A stretch of DNA of 63,959 nt, the filler included, from Octopus bimaculoides (taxonomy: Eukaryota): assembly GCF_001194135.2 (NCBI RefSeq). It is 6 parts of 5 records of this genome, joined end to end, with 100 filler letters (N's around TTAATTAATTAA, not from the genome) between each part and the next. Parts side by side here need not be neighbours in the genome. Positions count along the whole stretch, not along the records: positions 30,787 to 50,566 come from NC_068981.1; 5 more parts are not named here. One strand, written 5' to 3'. Below the pieces are notes generated by a model. That model saw only the letters and a list, made by a program, of their open reading frames with translations. It made no database searches and was not told the DNA's origin. The position numbers were made by a program, and so were the translations under genes. Below, piece by piece: positions 37,256-49,664 of this stretch. Every line of letters begins with the position of its first letter. Position 1 is the first letter of the stretch.

Positions 37256-37472
37256 CAAGAAGTGCTGAAAAGTTCCTGGCTTTGAGTAAAAGAAAATACA
37301 GGAGGATCAGTTAATTATGATTCTATCCAACGTACTCCCCTCTCAGATTCACACACTTATTGGTATCGGTCCTTCAGTTTTTCTAATCCCCGTAAACGAA
37401 CTCGGAAGGTTGGGCTTCCAACCAAACCTTTCCCGATACCCTTAAAGCTAGGAACTTTTCAACACTCCCTCG
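37256..37472. mobile_element. Second copy of the mariner-derived MITE, opposite orientation
   Basis: TA-CAAGAAGTGCTGAAAAGTTCCTGGCTTT ... AAAGCTAGGAACTTTTCAACACTCCCTCG-TA. The interior is the reverse complement of 22144-22364. Confidence 0.78.
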
Positions 37473-37744
37473 TACAGAAACTCCAAAACATATTTTGCAT
37501 ATTATTTTGCATATTACTTTAACCTAAAATAGTCTATAATACATTGCATCCCGTAACTTAACCGTTCTGGAACGTTTAAGTTACGGGATAGAATGTAATG
37601 GAAGGTGTTCTTTTACCGTTGTAAACATAAAGTCCAGTGTATATACTTACATATATATGGTAATCGTACTTCCCCCGCCCCCATTTCAATGATTGTTTTA
37701 ATGTTGGATGTGTTTTTTGCGATGATTAGTAGTAATATCATTAA

Positions 37745-37930
37745 AGCAGCTGGCTAGCAAAATCGTTAGTGCACTGGTCAAAATGATTACCCGGCATCCC
37801 TTCTGCCAATGACCGATGTCGTCTTTGCCTTTCATTGTTTCGGTGTCGAAAAAAACCGGTTGAGCACTGGGGTCGATGTTATCGACTTCTCCCTCTCCTC
37901 AAAATTGCTGGTCTCGTTCCAAAATTAGAA
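37745..37930 (+). mobile_element. SINE family B, diverged
   Basis: Degenerate core and GGGGTCGATGT motif. Confidence 0.65.
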
Positions 37931-39581
37931 AAAATATTGGTGATATCACTAAAAACGTGCCTACCTCTATTTACGCGATTTCGATCTGCTAAACCAATCA
38001 ACCATGTGAAACGAAAGCCAATTTAGTTAAAGTAATGTATACGTATGTATATTTGTGTGTATGACAGACTGATAAACCCGCTACTTATTTTTAAATTAAA
38101 TGTTATTGTTTTCTGAATGACCAATAGTCTAAATAAAAATGGAGTTTTGTTTTTAAGCATAATTAAATGTGAGAGAACTAGAGTCAGATGGGTTTTATTG
38201 GACAATTTATCTTATTAATCTGCGCTCAAATATTGTTAACGTTGACTTTGCATTTTATCTGAGAAGCGTCGACAAAAATAGAACTGATAATTTGACCGAA
38301 CTGCAACGCAATGTATGTAGTGGAATTAAAACGTTTCATATTCGATAATGATGAGTCGAACAAGACACTTCACAATAGTAATAGTTATAGTCAGTTGTTA
38401 CAATTTCGCGTTCAATTCAGCTGGTTCGATAAAATATGTAGCAGTATGAAACCTGGGTCAAGTATTTTCACTATAAGTATTCGATTATTTTCACTATTTT
38501 TCTGCTCACACCAAAAATTAACTTAGCTAGACGAAATTTATTATGATTCTTTAATGAGCAAGGCTGTAATCCAATGATAGAAACAAAATAGTAAACAAAT
38601 GAATAAAAGAAATACAAGAATGAATGTGTGACGGTAGATGTTTAAAGAAACTCGTTAATTTTCTCATAGAATATGTGATTTTATTCTAAGGACTACTTTG
38701 GTTTATAGTCAATTGTTAAATGTATGTCATAAGATGTACCTAATAATAGGAGAATGCTCTACTGGCGTAATGCGAATATAAAAACTGCTACTGTAAAGTT
38801 CAGCTTTCGAGTGTTAACTGTCCAATTTAGTTGTTTCGCCTACAACCATGTCTCTTCACTTACGTTGCTATGTCCGAAATAAACGCATAGATATTACTGG
38901 TTATTCTCTTCTTCACAATAAGTCTGAAATATACAGTCACCTCCTACGCGATCATGTTGAAAGAAGATAGTTCTGTGAACTCCTGTAACTCTAGAGGCTC
39001 AACAATAATAGACTCCTGTACTTCTGAGAAACAATGTGGGTTTTGAAATTGGAGTGGCTTCTACAACAACATAAATACACATGCACATATAAACACATAC
39101 TTCATTACATTCACACCCACTTGCTTTAAAAAAAACTTACGCATTATTAGAAAATAGTTAAACAAACGTTAAAGAGGTTAAGTAACGCACACATTAAAAA
39201 CATTTTGCACACTACTACACTGAAACTAATGTACACATACATATATCCATACACATATACACACACAGATAGTTGTACAGCACAACACGTATCAGCTCAT
39301 ACAAACACACGCACATGCACATAAACATAATATACAAACACATACAGATACATACATACCTACATGTAGACATACTTACATATGTACGTAGATATGTACA
39401 AACAAACATATATGCACACTTACACACATACCTAGGTACATTCCTATATACACATATACACAATGCACTCCAGCATATCTCCCTTACTTCTAGCTTCTCA
39501 CAAAACCGTTAAACACAGCCAAATAAGAAATCAAATAGACACAATATTCTACACTAAAATCAATGTACACACGCACGCACG

Positions 39582-39617
<36 letters not shown>

Positions 39618-39806
39618 TGTACAACGCACATTAATAAATAACACACAAATGAAAGGCACACATTCTAAAACTACAAAAGCACACATAAACACATACTATT
39701 ATATGCATTCATACATATATGCGTACATACATTCACACATACATACATACATGCATACAGACATACATACAAACATACATACATTCATACATACATACAT
39801 ACATAC

Positions 39807-40507
39807 GTCGTCACGGTACTACTTCCCTATGCGGCACGATGTTGTTGCGAAAACCATTTTCAATGCGATCCGCAAAAAAGGACTGTTCTGAAATAAAGTT
39901 AAAAAATTCCTTTGTTATGGAATACATTCATAAGCACCACCTCAATAAATACTGGTGTCAAATGTAACCAGGCCGGATATTGTTGTTTGGGACAGAGGGG
40001 CAAAGGTATGTACCATCATAGAAGTCAACCGCCCTGCAGGTATAAATATCTCTTTGACAATCAAATGGAAAGAGGATATCTATGGACAACTGCTTCGAAA
40101 CCTTCAGCTTCTATATCCAGACTATGAATTCATATTCATATCAATAATAATTGGAGCACTAGGTTTTGTTAGTAAATGCTTAATGGAGAATCTGGATAAA
40201 CTGGGGTTTTTTAGAAAGAGAAATCTGTGTAATCTGTGAGTGGAACAGTAAAAATATGCAAGACGTTCCTCAAGTTCCAAATGTGAATTTGCTTGTGTTA
40301 ACTACATCCCTAAGATGAAGCATTGTATCTCTGTTGGTAACCGGCTCCCTCCTCAGCAGAAGATTTATAATAATTAAATAATAGAAGATACATACACACA
40401 CTCAACCACATATATACAAATACCGGGAAATTTCTTAACTCAAAAAGTCTTGCTTTGTTAGTGACTAACTTGAACACTCACTCAAGAACTTACACTCAAA
40501 GAAAAAC
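39807..40507 (+). mobile_element. 3' fragment of a second RLE-type non-LTR retrotransposon
   Basis: YYFPMRHDVVAKTIFNAIRKK ... RPDIVVWDRGAKVCTIIEV..P...KEDIYGQL...IIIGALG shows the RHD, PD-(D/E)xK and K-x-x-x-Y motifs, followed by a 3' UTR. Both ends abut (CATA)n. Confidence 0.82.
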
Positions 40508-42327
40508 CATACATACATACATACATACATACATACATACACACACATAGATACATACATACACACATGCACACACACACACGGCCACGTACATAAACAC
40601 AAAAATACATAGACACGTTAATATTCCATTTCTCTATCATACACCTGCATCGTTACTGTTTCAACTCCTTTCTTTTCTTTTCTCACTTCAGGACATTTCC
40701 AATATGTAGTCCGTTGAGATTCGCGCGTGAAGTTTTTTTGCTATCTTTGCAATTTTTCTTTTTATTTCTTATTTTCTCTTCTTTTCGGCTACTTTGATAG
40801 CATGTTAATAACATCAATACGCGCGCTCACACACAGAGATCCAAGTACACCTAGAAAAATACATGTGCAAAAAAAAAATTGCTTTGGAATTTAAGTGAGA
40901 TGAAAGGAATCTGAAAGTTTTAAGTGAGTAGTGTTAGATTTGTAATAGTTAGTTAGCAGCGTTAGTCTGAGATACAAAAACGTAACCAGTTTGTCACGTC
41001 AAACTTCGCTATCCTTGAGCCTACCCCTCGCTTGCACACACTTTCTCACCCATATTTACATTAACATAGAAAGAGAGGGGGTGGAGAAAAATGGTGTGTG
41101 TGTTTAAGTGTCTGTGCATGTGTGTGTTTGTACGTGTGCGTATGTGTATTTGGAATTCAGTCGGTATTAAATTCCACATTTAAATGTCATGTCTTAGAAA
41201 AATTAATATACGTTTTCAAATGTGGAAGATAGAAAACTTTTTCTTCGTTATTTCAAGTTTTCTTTCACTTGACCGAAATACTTAGCAACTAGTTGGCAGA
41301 GTGACCGGAGAAAGAAAAAAATGCAAAACACATTAATACATCTTATGACCTTGCTACTAAAGGTTCATTCTAGCTTCTCACATAAGAATAACAACCACGA
41401 TTGGCCTTCTGAACGTAACATTCTAACTATATGATATGCTCAAGCAAGCTAATACAAATCAGTTTATGATATAGTTGATGTTAATGGTGTTATCACTATC
41501 CTACAGAATTTCCCAATTTTCTTCAACACAATCTGCAACTGAAAGTAGGCATCACTCTCATAATTTCACGAAATTTGAATACACCAAAGCTCTGTAATTG
41601 TGCAAGTTTGGTTGTCAAGATTGTTAAGTCTCTCGGAAACTGGTTATGTCATGGGAGAATGTTTTATCGTTCTGTCCATTCCACTCATTCCATCGGATAT
41701 ACTAATTCAATTTAAATGCCTTCGCTTTCCAGTGGCATTGTATTTTTAAGTTATTATCAATACGTCTTAGGAGCAGTTCCTGAAGGTTGCAGGAGTTGAA
41801 CTAACATGATTTCTTTTTAGAGTCAGCTTTAATGTGTATACTCACATGGTGGACAAAACAAAGATATCAATACACCAAATGACTCAATAAGAAGTGTCAG
41901 CGCCAAGATTTTGCTGAACAAAACGGTTTGCATATCACTTTATATTTACAAAAAAAATATACGATGTAAAGCAAATATAATATTTTCTTAGTTCAAAAAA
42001 TTATAATTATGAATACACAAGCTCTCAGAAGTTTCACCCGTCAGAGAACAAAGACAAATGTAACTTTAGACTTGTAGTTACATAATAAAAGAAAATATAT
42101 TCAAATGCAATTACATACAAGTAATATCACATAAAAAGGTTGTTAAAGGCTAAGTAATTTAATTTGAGCAAAATATACTTCTACAATCAGCAATAGGGCT
42201 CTGACGGATACTTCTGCAACTATATATATTTTTATATAGTTGGATTTACAAAAAAAGCAAAAGACGAAGAGAGGTGTATAAACAACAAACAGGTGTATTA
42301 GTTTAACGCTCGGGGAGTTGAGAAACT

Positions 42328-42363
42328 CTTTCAAGTTTCGAGCCTACGCTCTTCAACAGAAAG
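42328..42363 (-). ncRNA. Degenerate hammerhead-like motif, same repeat family as 63631
   Basis: CTTT-CTGTTGA-A-GAGC-gtag-GCTC-GAAA-CTTG-AAAG. The cleavage triplet is decayed. Confidence 0.35.
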
Positions 42364-42458
42364 GAACACGAGAAAATAAACAGAGAGAATAAAAAAAGCT
42401 TTAGTGGCTAGCGTTCGATCATGGCGATGGCTGGACGGAGATGGTCATATATATATAT

Positions 42459-42820
42459 AAGCGCAGGAGTGTCTGTGTAGTAAGTAGCTTCCTTGACAAT
42501 CACATGGTCCCGGGTTCAGTCCCACTGCGAGGCACTTTGGGCAAGTTTCTTCTACTATAACAGTGGGCTGAACAAAGCCTTGTGATTTGGTAGACGGAAA
42601 CTGAAAGAAACCCGTCATATGTGTGTTTGTATGTGTGTGTATTTGTGTTTGTCCCCCCACCATCGCTTGGCAACCGATGTCGGTGTGTTTGTGACTCCGT
42701 AACTTAGCGGTTCGGCAAAAGAGACCGATAGAATAAGCACTAGGCTTACAAAGAATAAGTCCTGGGATCGATTTGTTCGACTAAATGCAATGCTCCAGTA
42801 TCGCCGCAGTCAAATGAGTC
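42459..42820 (+). mobile_element. SINE family A
   Basis: Head to near tail; ends at a gap. Confidence 0.85.
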
Positions 42821-43589
42821 NNNNNNNNNNNNNNNNNNNNNNNNNNNNNNNNNNNNNNNNNNNNNNNNNNNNNNNNNNNNNNNNNNNNNNNNNNNNNNNN
42901 NNNNNNNNNNNNNNNNNNNNNNNNNNNNNNNNNNNNNNNNNNNNNNNNNNNNNNNNNNNNNNNNNNNNNNNNNNNNNNNNNNNNNNNNNNNNNNNNNNNN
43001 NNNNNNNNNNNNNNNNNNNNNNNNNNNNNNNNNNNNNNNNNNNNNNNNNNNNNNNNNNNNNNNNNNNNNNNNNNNNNNNNNNNNNNNNNNNNNNNNNNNN
43101 NNNNNNNNNNNNNNNNNNNNNNNNNNNNNNNNNNNNNNNNNNNNNNNNNNNNNNNNNNNNNNNNNNNNNNNNNNNNNNNNNNNNNNNNNNNNNNNNNNNN
43201 NNNNNNNNNNNNNNNNNNNNNNNNNNNNNNNNNNNNNNNNNNNNNNNNNNNNNNNNNNNNNNNNNNNNNNNNNNNNNNNNNNNNNNNNNNNNNNNNNNNN
43301 NNNNNNNNNNNNNNNNNNNNNNNNNNNNNNNNNNNNNNNNNNNNNNNNNNNNNNNNNNNNNNNNNNNNNNNNNNNNNNNNNNNNNNNNNNNNNNNNNNNN
43401 NNNNNNNNNNNNNNNNNNNNNNNNNNNNNNNNNNNNNNNNNNNNNNNNNNNNNNNNNNNNNNNNNNNNNNNNNNNNNNNNNNNNNNNNNNNNNNNNNTGT
43501 ATGTATGTGTGTGTGTGTGTGTGCGCACATTCATGCATATGCATGCATGTGCATATGTATATGGATGCGTACGTGCATGTACGTATGTA

Positions 43590-44110
43590 CAAGGTGAATT
43601 CCAGAAATTTTCAAACTTTTGCAGGAGAGACATTTATTAATTTCAAAGAAGCACAAAATTCTAAATTCCTTCATTGTAGGATCCTCTGATGCCAATGCAC
43701 ATGTAGCCACTTCTTAAAGCCCCCGTGGAAAGCCTCCAAAATCAATTTATCCAGAACTCTTGTCACAGCCTCCTTCATTTTGAAAATGAGTGCCTCTGAA
43801 GTTCTCCTTCAGGCTGGGAAACAACCAAAAGTCACAAGGAGTAATACTTGGACTGTAGGGATAGTGAGGAACGGTTTTGGTGCCCATCTCTATCAAGAAG
43901 TTGGTTACCAGGATGGAACGCACAGTGCACCCTAGAAACAAACTTTGCGCAATTTTTGCACATATCCCCATCTTCATCCAAACTATTGCGAGGTTTCTGA
44001 ACCAGCCCCAATATTCTGACGTCCCTCTACATCTCATACCTCCCATCGCTTCCCACCTCCTCTCAACCGTAATTGAACCCCTTCTGCCAGCGAAAAAGTT
44101 AATTCATTAG
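43590..44110 (-). mobile_element. Mariner transposon 3' fragment
   Basis: VPHYPYSPSITPCDFWLFPSLKENFRG matches the mariner YSPDLAP-x-DF motif. Terminus TA-CAAGGTGAATTCCAGAAA. Confidence 0.82.
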
Positions 44111-45726
44111 CAATCTGGAATAATTATCATAAGTTTCTGTAGAGATTTGCTCATTTTAACGCAAAAAAAAATTTGTTCACGTCCCGACTGCACTTAGCAA
44201 ACAAGTCGACTGTGACAAGTACTATTTAGTAGGATGTGTTCAAAGTACGCTTACAGGCGTCTCCTACAATCTGGAATAACAAAAGTTGGCAGGTCAGCTT
44301 AGTAGATGCATGGAAATGATATACTAAAATTACAATAACTTAGGACAGTTGTAACTGCCACACCTAAAATGTCTCAAGACTTATAGAACGCACCTAGCAT
44401 GTATGTATGTATGTATGTATGTATGTATGTATGTNNNNNNNNNNTATACATGTATATTTACATATATCACACCTATTCCTGTTTATCTCCATCAACATCT
44501 CTATATCAGCTCACCTGGATTTTTATATAGCTATTCCTTAGTCCGGAGTGTCAGTTCACGTCATTTGAGCGCTATTTTTTTTTCTATTGATGAGCATCTC
44601 TAGATCTCAGCTGTTGACTGTATGTGTGTGTGTGTGTACATGTGTGCGTGCGTGTTTGTGCGTGGGGGTGTATATATGGGTGTATGTATGTATGCATATA
44701 TGTGTGTGTGTCTGTGCGTATGGATGTATGTATGGATGCGTACGTGCATGTACGTATGTACAAGGTGAATTCCAGAAATTTTCAAACTTTTGCAGGAGAG
44801 ACATTTATTAATTTCAAAGAAGCACAAAATTCTAAATTCCTTCATTGTAGGATCCTCTGNNNNNNNNNNNNNNNNNNNNNNNNNNNNNNNNNNNNNNNNN
44901 NNNNNNNNNNNNNNNNNNNNNNNNNNNNNNNNNNNNNNNNNNNNNNNNNNNNNNNNNNNNNNNNNNNNNNNNNNNNNNNNNNNNNNNNNNNNNNNNNNNN
45001 NNNNNNNNNNNNNNNNNNNNNNNNNNNNNNNNNNNNNNNNNNNNNNNNNNNNNNNNNNNNNNNNNNNNNNNNNNNNNNNNNNNNNNNNNNNNNNNNNNNN
45101 NNNNNNNNNNNNNNNNNNNNNNNNNNNNNNNNNNNNNNNNNNNNNNNNNNNNNNNNNNNNNNNNNNNNNNNNNNNNNNNNNNNNNNNNNNNNNNNNNNNN
45201 NNNNNNNNNNNNNNNNNNNNNNNNNNNNNNNNNNNNNNNNNNNNNNNNNNNNNNNNNNNNNNNNNNNNNNNNNNNNNNNNNNNNNNNNNNNNNNNNNNNN
45301 NNNNNNNNNNNNNNNNNNNNNNNNNNNNNNNNNNNNNNNNNNNNNNNNNNNNNNNNNNNNNNNNNNNNNNNNNNNNNNNNNNNNNNNNNNNNNNNNNNNN
45401 NNNNNNNNNNNNNNNNNNNNNNNNNNNNNNNNNNNNNNNNNNNNNNNNNNNNNNNNNNNNNNNNNNNNNNNNNNNNNNNNNNNNNNNNNNNNNNNNNNNN
45501 NNNNNNNNNNNNNNNNNNNNNNNNNNNNNNNNNNNNNNNNNNNNNNNNNNNNNNNNNNNNNNNNNNNNNNNNNNNNNNNNNNNNNNNNNNNNNNNNNNNN
45601 NNNNNNNNNNNNNNNNNNNNNNNNNNNNNNNNNNNNNNNNNNNNNNNNNNNNNNNNNNNNNNNNNNNNNNNNNNNNNNNNNNNNNNNNNNNNNNNNNNNN
45701 NNNNNNNNNNNNNNNNNNNNNNNNNN

Positions 45727-45787
<61 letters not shown>

Positions 45788-46442
45788 TATTGAACTTTTG
45801 TTTGTTAATCAATAATACATAATATTTATGATTATCTTTTCATGTTGCAAATGGATAAGTCTGTTGTTTGAAGGGTAACAATTTGTATATTGACTTCATT
45901 GTCTGTGGTGTCAATGGATGCTACTTAATGGTGCTATGAGCATCACTACAAAGAAAAATATCGATAATGGAAGAGAAAATGAAAAACAATATAGGAAGAA
46001 GTCAATTTGACAGAAACGTGCGTGAACGATTTAATGTCTCAGATCATTCAGTCTCTCGTCCTTGAACCTCTTTTTGTTATCCAGTAATGATAAGATAATT
46101 ATTTATTAGCAGAGAAAGAATAAATATTGGAAATGAATTATTTTTGACTGCTTTACAAAATCTCTTCACCTCTCATATATTTTGCTTCATCAACAAAATT
46201 GTCTGTAATGTAAGTGTGTCAATGTATCTAGCTAAAGAATAGCTAGATACATAGCTATTCTTTTAATGAAAAAGATGAGAGATGTTAAGACGTTCACTTA
46301 GCAACCAAGTTATTTCGGAGTCAGTTGTTCTGCACGATACCTAAGGCAAGTTTCTGCTATATAGAGTCTGCCCTACCGATACAACGTGAGTGATTTGGGG
46401 AGACAGAAACTGTATATATATGAGTGTATATATATATATGTA

Positions 46443-47041
46443 TACTCTTTTACTTGTTTCAGTCATTTGACTGCGGCCATGCTGGAGCACCGCCTTTAGT
46501 CAAGCAAATCGACCCCAGGACTTATTCTTTGTAAGCCTAGTACTTATTCTATCGGTCTCTTTTTGCCGAACCGCTAAGTTACGGGGACGTAAACACACCN
46601 NNNNNNNNNNNNNNNNNNNNNNNNNNNNNNNNNNNNNNNNNNNNNNNNNNNNNNNNNNNNNNNNNNNNNNNNNNNNNNNNNNNNNNNNNNNNNNNNNNNN
46701 NNNNNNNNNNNNNNNNNNNNNNNNNNNNNNNNNNNNNNNNNNNNNNNNNNNNNNNNNNNNNNNNNNNNNNNNNNNNNNNNNNNNNNNNNNNNNNNNNNNN
46801 NNNNNNNNNNNNNNNNNNNNNNNNNNNNNNNNNNNNNNNNNNNNNNNNNNNNNNNNNNNNNNNNNNNNNNNNNNNNNNNNNNNNNNNNNNNNNNNNNNNN
46901 NNNNNNNNNNNNNNNNACATATATACGACGGACTTCTTTCAGTTTCCGTCTACCAAATCCACTCACAAGGCTTTGGTCGGCCCGAGGCTATAGTAGAAGA
47001 CACTTGCCCAAGGTGCCACGCAGTGGGGCTGAACCCGGAAG
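46443..47041 (-). mobile_element. SINE family A with an internal gap
   Basis: 3' half at 46443-46599 and 5' half at 46917-47041; the gap replaces the internal microsatellite. Confidence 0.85.
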
Positions 47042-47319
47042 AATGAAAAAACTACAGAAGACTTGTATTATATGGTTAAATAATATATTTAAATCGTCAT
47101 GTTAGAAAAATGTTATAAAATTTTGTGTGTAGTGACATTCTTTTAGGAGAAATAACAGGTTTCGTATTTTCTTTACAAATTTCTCAAATTTCTTTACTGA
47201 TATTGTGTTATATCTTCACTATGGTGAGATGTAGGAGAATTCCAAACAGGGGGAGGTAATCAGGAATATTTTCGGTATATGGGAGATAATAAAAAATGTT
47301 GGGAATTATTAGGTTTTAT

Positions 47320-48887
47320 TAATTTAACATGATTTGGTTTTGATAGAATAAAATTTTAGAAGTGATTAAGTTTTGCTTTATATTGTTCAATGAGGTAAGT
47401 TTCCTTATTTAAAAATGCTAGAAATAGTTAAGTTTTGGCTTATATTTTTCAATGAAGTAGGTTTCCTTATTTAATCTAACTTCTGCTGGGTTTGTATGTT
47501 GATATGTACGGCAGTATTTTCGGGGAACGTATGTTGCTGTGTTGAAATGGCACATTGATAAAATGGAAAGATTACAAATTGAGGTAGCAGTTGCTTTGCG
47601 CATCTTTCAATGTGTTCACTAAAGGGTATCATTCTGTATTCTGGGAATGCAATCTGTTACCGGTGCAGAGTGCATCCGCGTCTGAGCAATAATCCTATGG
47701 ACCCTATATAGTTTTGGTGGCAGCCCGAGCATTTTATAATATAAATCAGGTTTTTTGAGGCACAAGTAAAATCAGATTTGATTTTGAATTTTTGTCCCTC
47801 TTTAAAAAGGAATTCTGCTCCTTCTACAAGGGCATTTTGCGCAATTTGGTTCACCACATTTCTTCACTTTTGCGTCTGTTAGTTTAGAAAATAATTTTGC
47901 CTTTGTGAGGATCTTTTTAAGTGATTTCGGTTGTTTGTGGCTTTTAATGATCTTATGTTTGTGTAAAATTTCCTTTAACCTAAGGTCCTTATGTAGCATT
48001 GGTAGATTTTGGGTGATGATGGTGAAAGCTTCTTTGTTTCTGGGTTGTATGTTGAAATGTCCGGCAGTATTTTCGGGGAAGGTGTGTTGCTNNNNNNNNN
48101 NNNNNNNNNNNNNNNNNNNNNNNNNNNNNNNNNNNNNNNNNNNNNNNNNNNNNNNNNNNNNNNNNNNNNNNNNNNNNNNNNNNNNNNNNNNNNNNNNNNN
48201 NNNNNNNNNNNNNNNNNNNNNNNNNNNNNNNNNNNNNNNNNNNNNNNNNNNNNNNNNNNNNNNNNNNNNNNNNNNNNNNNNNNNNNNNNNNNNNNNNNNN
48301 NNNNNNNNNNNNNNNNNNNNNNNNNNNNNNNNNNNNNNNNNNNNNNNNNNNNNNNNNNNNNNNNNNNNNNNNNNNNNNNNNNNNNNNNNNNNNNNNNNNN
48401 NNNNNNNNNNNNNNNNNNNNNNNNNNNNNNNNNNNNNNNNNNNNNNNNNNNNNNNNNNNNNNNNNNNNNNNNNNNNNNNNNNNNNNNNNNNNNNNNNNNN
48501 NNNNNNNNNNNNNNNNNNNNNNNNNNNNNNNNNNNNNNNNNNNNNNNNNNNNNNNNNNNNNNNNNNNNNNNCTTATAAATTCCAGGAGTTTGTCTGTGTT
48601 TTTATTCCAGAGGATGAAGCAGTCTTCCAGGAATCTTTTCCAATTCTCTTTTATGTATTGGGAAAGAGGGTTTTCAAAGCTAGATAAAGATTCCTGGTAT
48701 ATTATTATTTCCAGATAGCCCATTGTTAGGTTCACAATGACCCGGGATGCCCTAGTGCCCGGAACTGAACTGCCTCTAGCCCATAATTATAAGGTATACT
48801 AGTATATAAGTTAATCACATCAAATGAAACCATGATTGTTTCTTCCTTGACTTTTTTGTGGGTAGGTGATTTAACATGTCCAAGCCA
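47320..48887 (-). mobile_element. Degenerate, 5'-truncated Penelope-like element (RT plus GIY-YIG endonuclease)
   Basis: RT motifs IMVSFDVINLYTSIP and NLTMGYLE...WKRFLEDCFILW. The GIY-YIG region reads FTCASKNLIYIIKCSGCHQNYIG and the C-terminus KETYFIEKYKPKLN. Frameshifts, an internal deletion and a gap are present. Confidence 0.88.
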
Positions 48888-49283
48888 TATACATTCCTTC
48901 TGAATGGGATTTACAGGTTTGTGATCAGTAGTTGAGAAGCGACATTTACCATCTCGACACAGCACCGCCCGAGAATCTCCGCAATTAGCAAAGAAGATGT
49001 GTGTTGGTGAGACAATAGCACATATTGCTGTAGAGCCACTTTTTTCTTCTCCACTACCCATTTCTGGCATTGTTCGCATGCAGTCATCAAACTTAACAAA
49101 GCCAGTCTTGATGCCTTTCTGCACGTCCATAATAGAGGGAAGGTTTTCTGTACCCTGGGTGACATCAAGTTTGCCCCGAAAACCTTCATTGGCAATATGC
49201 TCCATCAGCTGAGCAGCACAGCAGGCCGATGCCTTAGTTCCAGCATGACCATCGCATAGAGCGAAAAAGGACCAGTCAGTGAG
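48888..49283 (-). pseudogene. Intronless PP2C (PPM1A/PPM1B-like) phosphatase gene fragment
   Basis: LTDWSFFALCDGHAG...GIKTGF...EEKSGSTAICAIVSPTHIFFANCGDSRAVLCRDGKCRFSTTDHKPVNPIQKECI carries the PP2C motifs DGHAG, SGST, NCGDSR and DHKP. There is no start codon or acceptor AG. It abuts a (CA)n tract at the 5' end and PLE sequence at the 3' end. Confidence 0.88.
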
Positions 49284-49285
49284 AC

Positions 49286-49335
<50 letters not shown>

Positions 49336-49342
<7 letters not shown>

Positions 49343-49443
49343 CTTTACTACCCACAAGGGGCTACACATAGAGGGGACAAACAAGGACAGACAAACGGAT
49401 TAAGTCGATTATACCGACCCCAGTGCGTAACTGGTACTTATTT
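49336..49443 (-). mobile_element. SINE family B, 3' part
   Basis: Tail match, running into a gap. Confidence 0.82.
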
Positions 49444-49616
49444 NNNNNNNNNNNNNNNNNNNNNNNNNNNNNNNNNNNNNNNNNNNNNNNNNNNNNNNNN
49501 NNNNNNNNNNNNNNNNNNNNNNNNNNNNNNNNNNNNNNNNNNNNNNNNNNNNNNNNNNNNNNNNNNNNNNNNNNNNNNNNNNNNNNNNNNNNNNNNNNNN
49601 NNNNNNNNNNNNNNNN

Positions 49617-49664
<48 letters not shown>

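Noticed and set aside
48732-49355. The 207-aa ORF as a functional PP2C-RT fusion protein
   Set aside because: Its start lies in a SINE tail and (CA)n tract. Frame continuity into the RT depends on a slip in an A run (native frame LNHLPTK), and the RT is deleted and frameshifted downstream.
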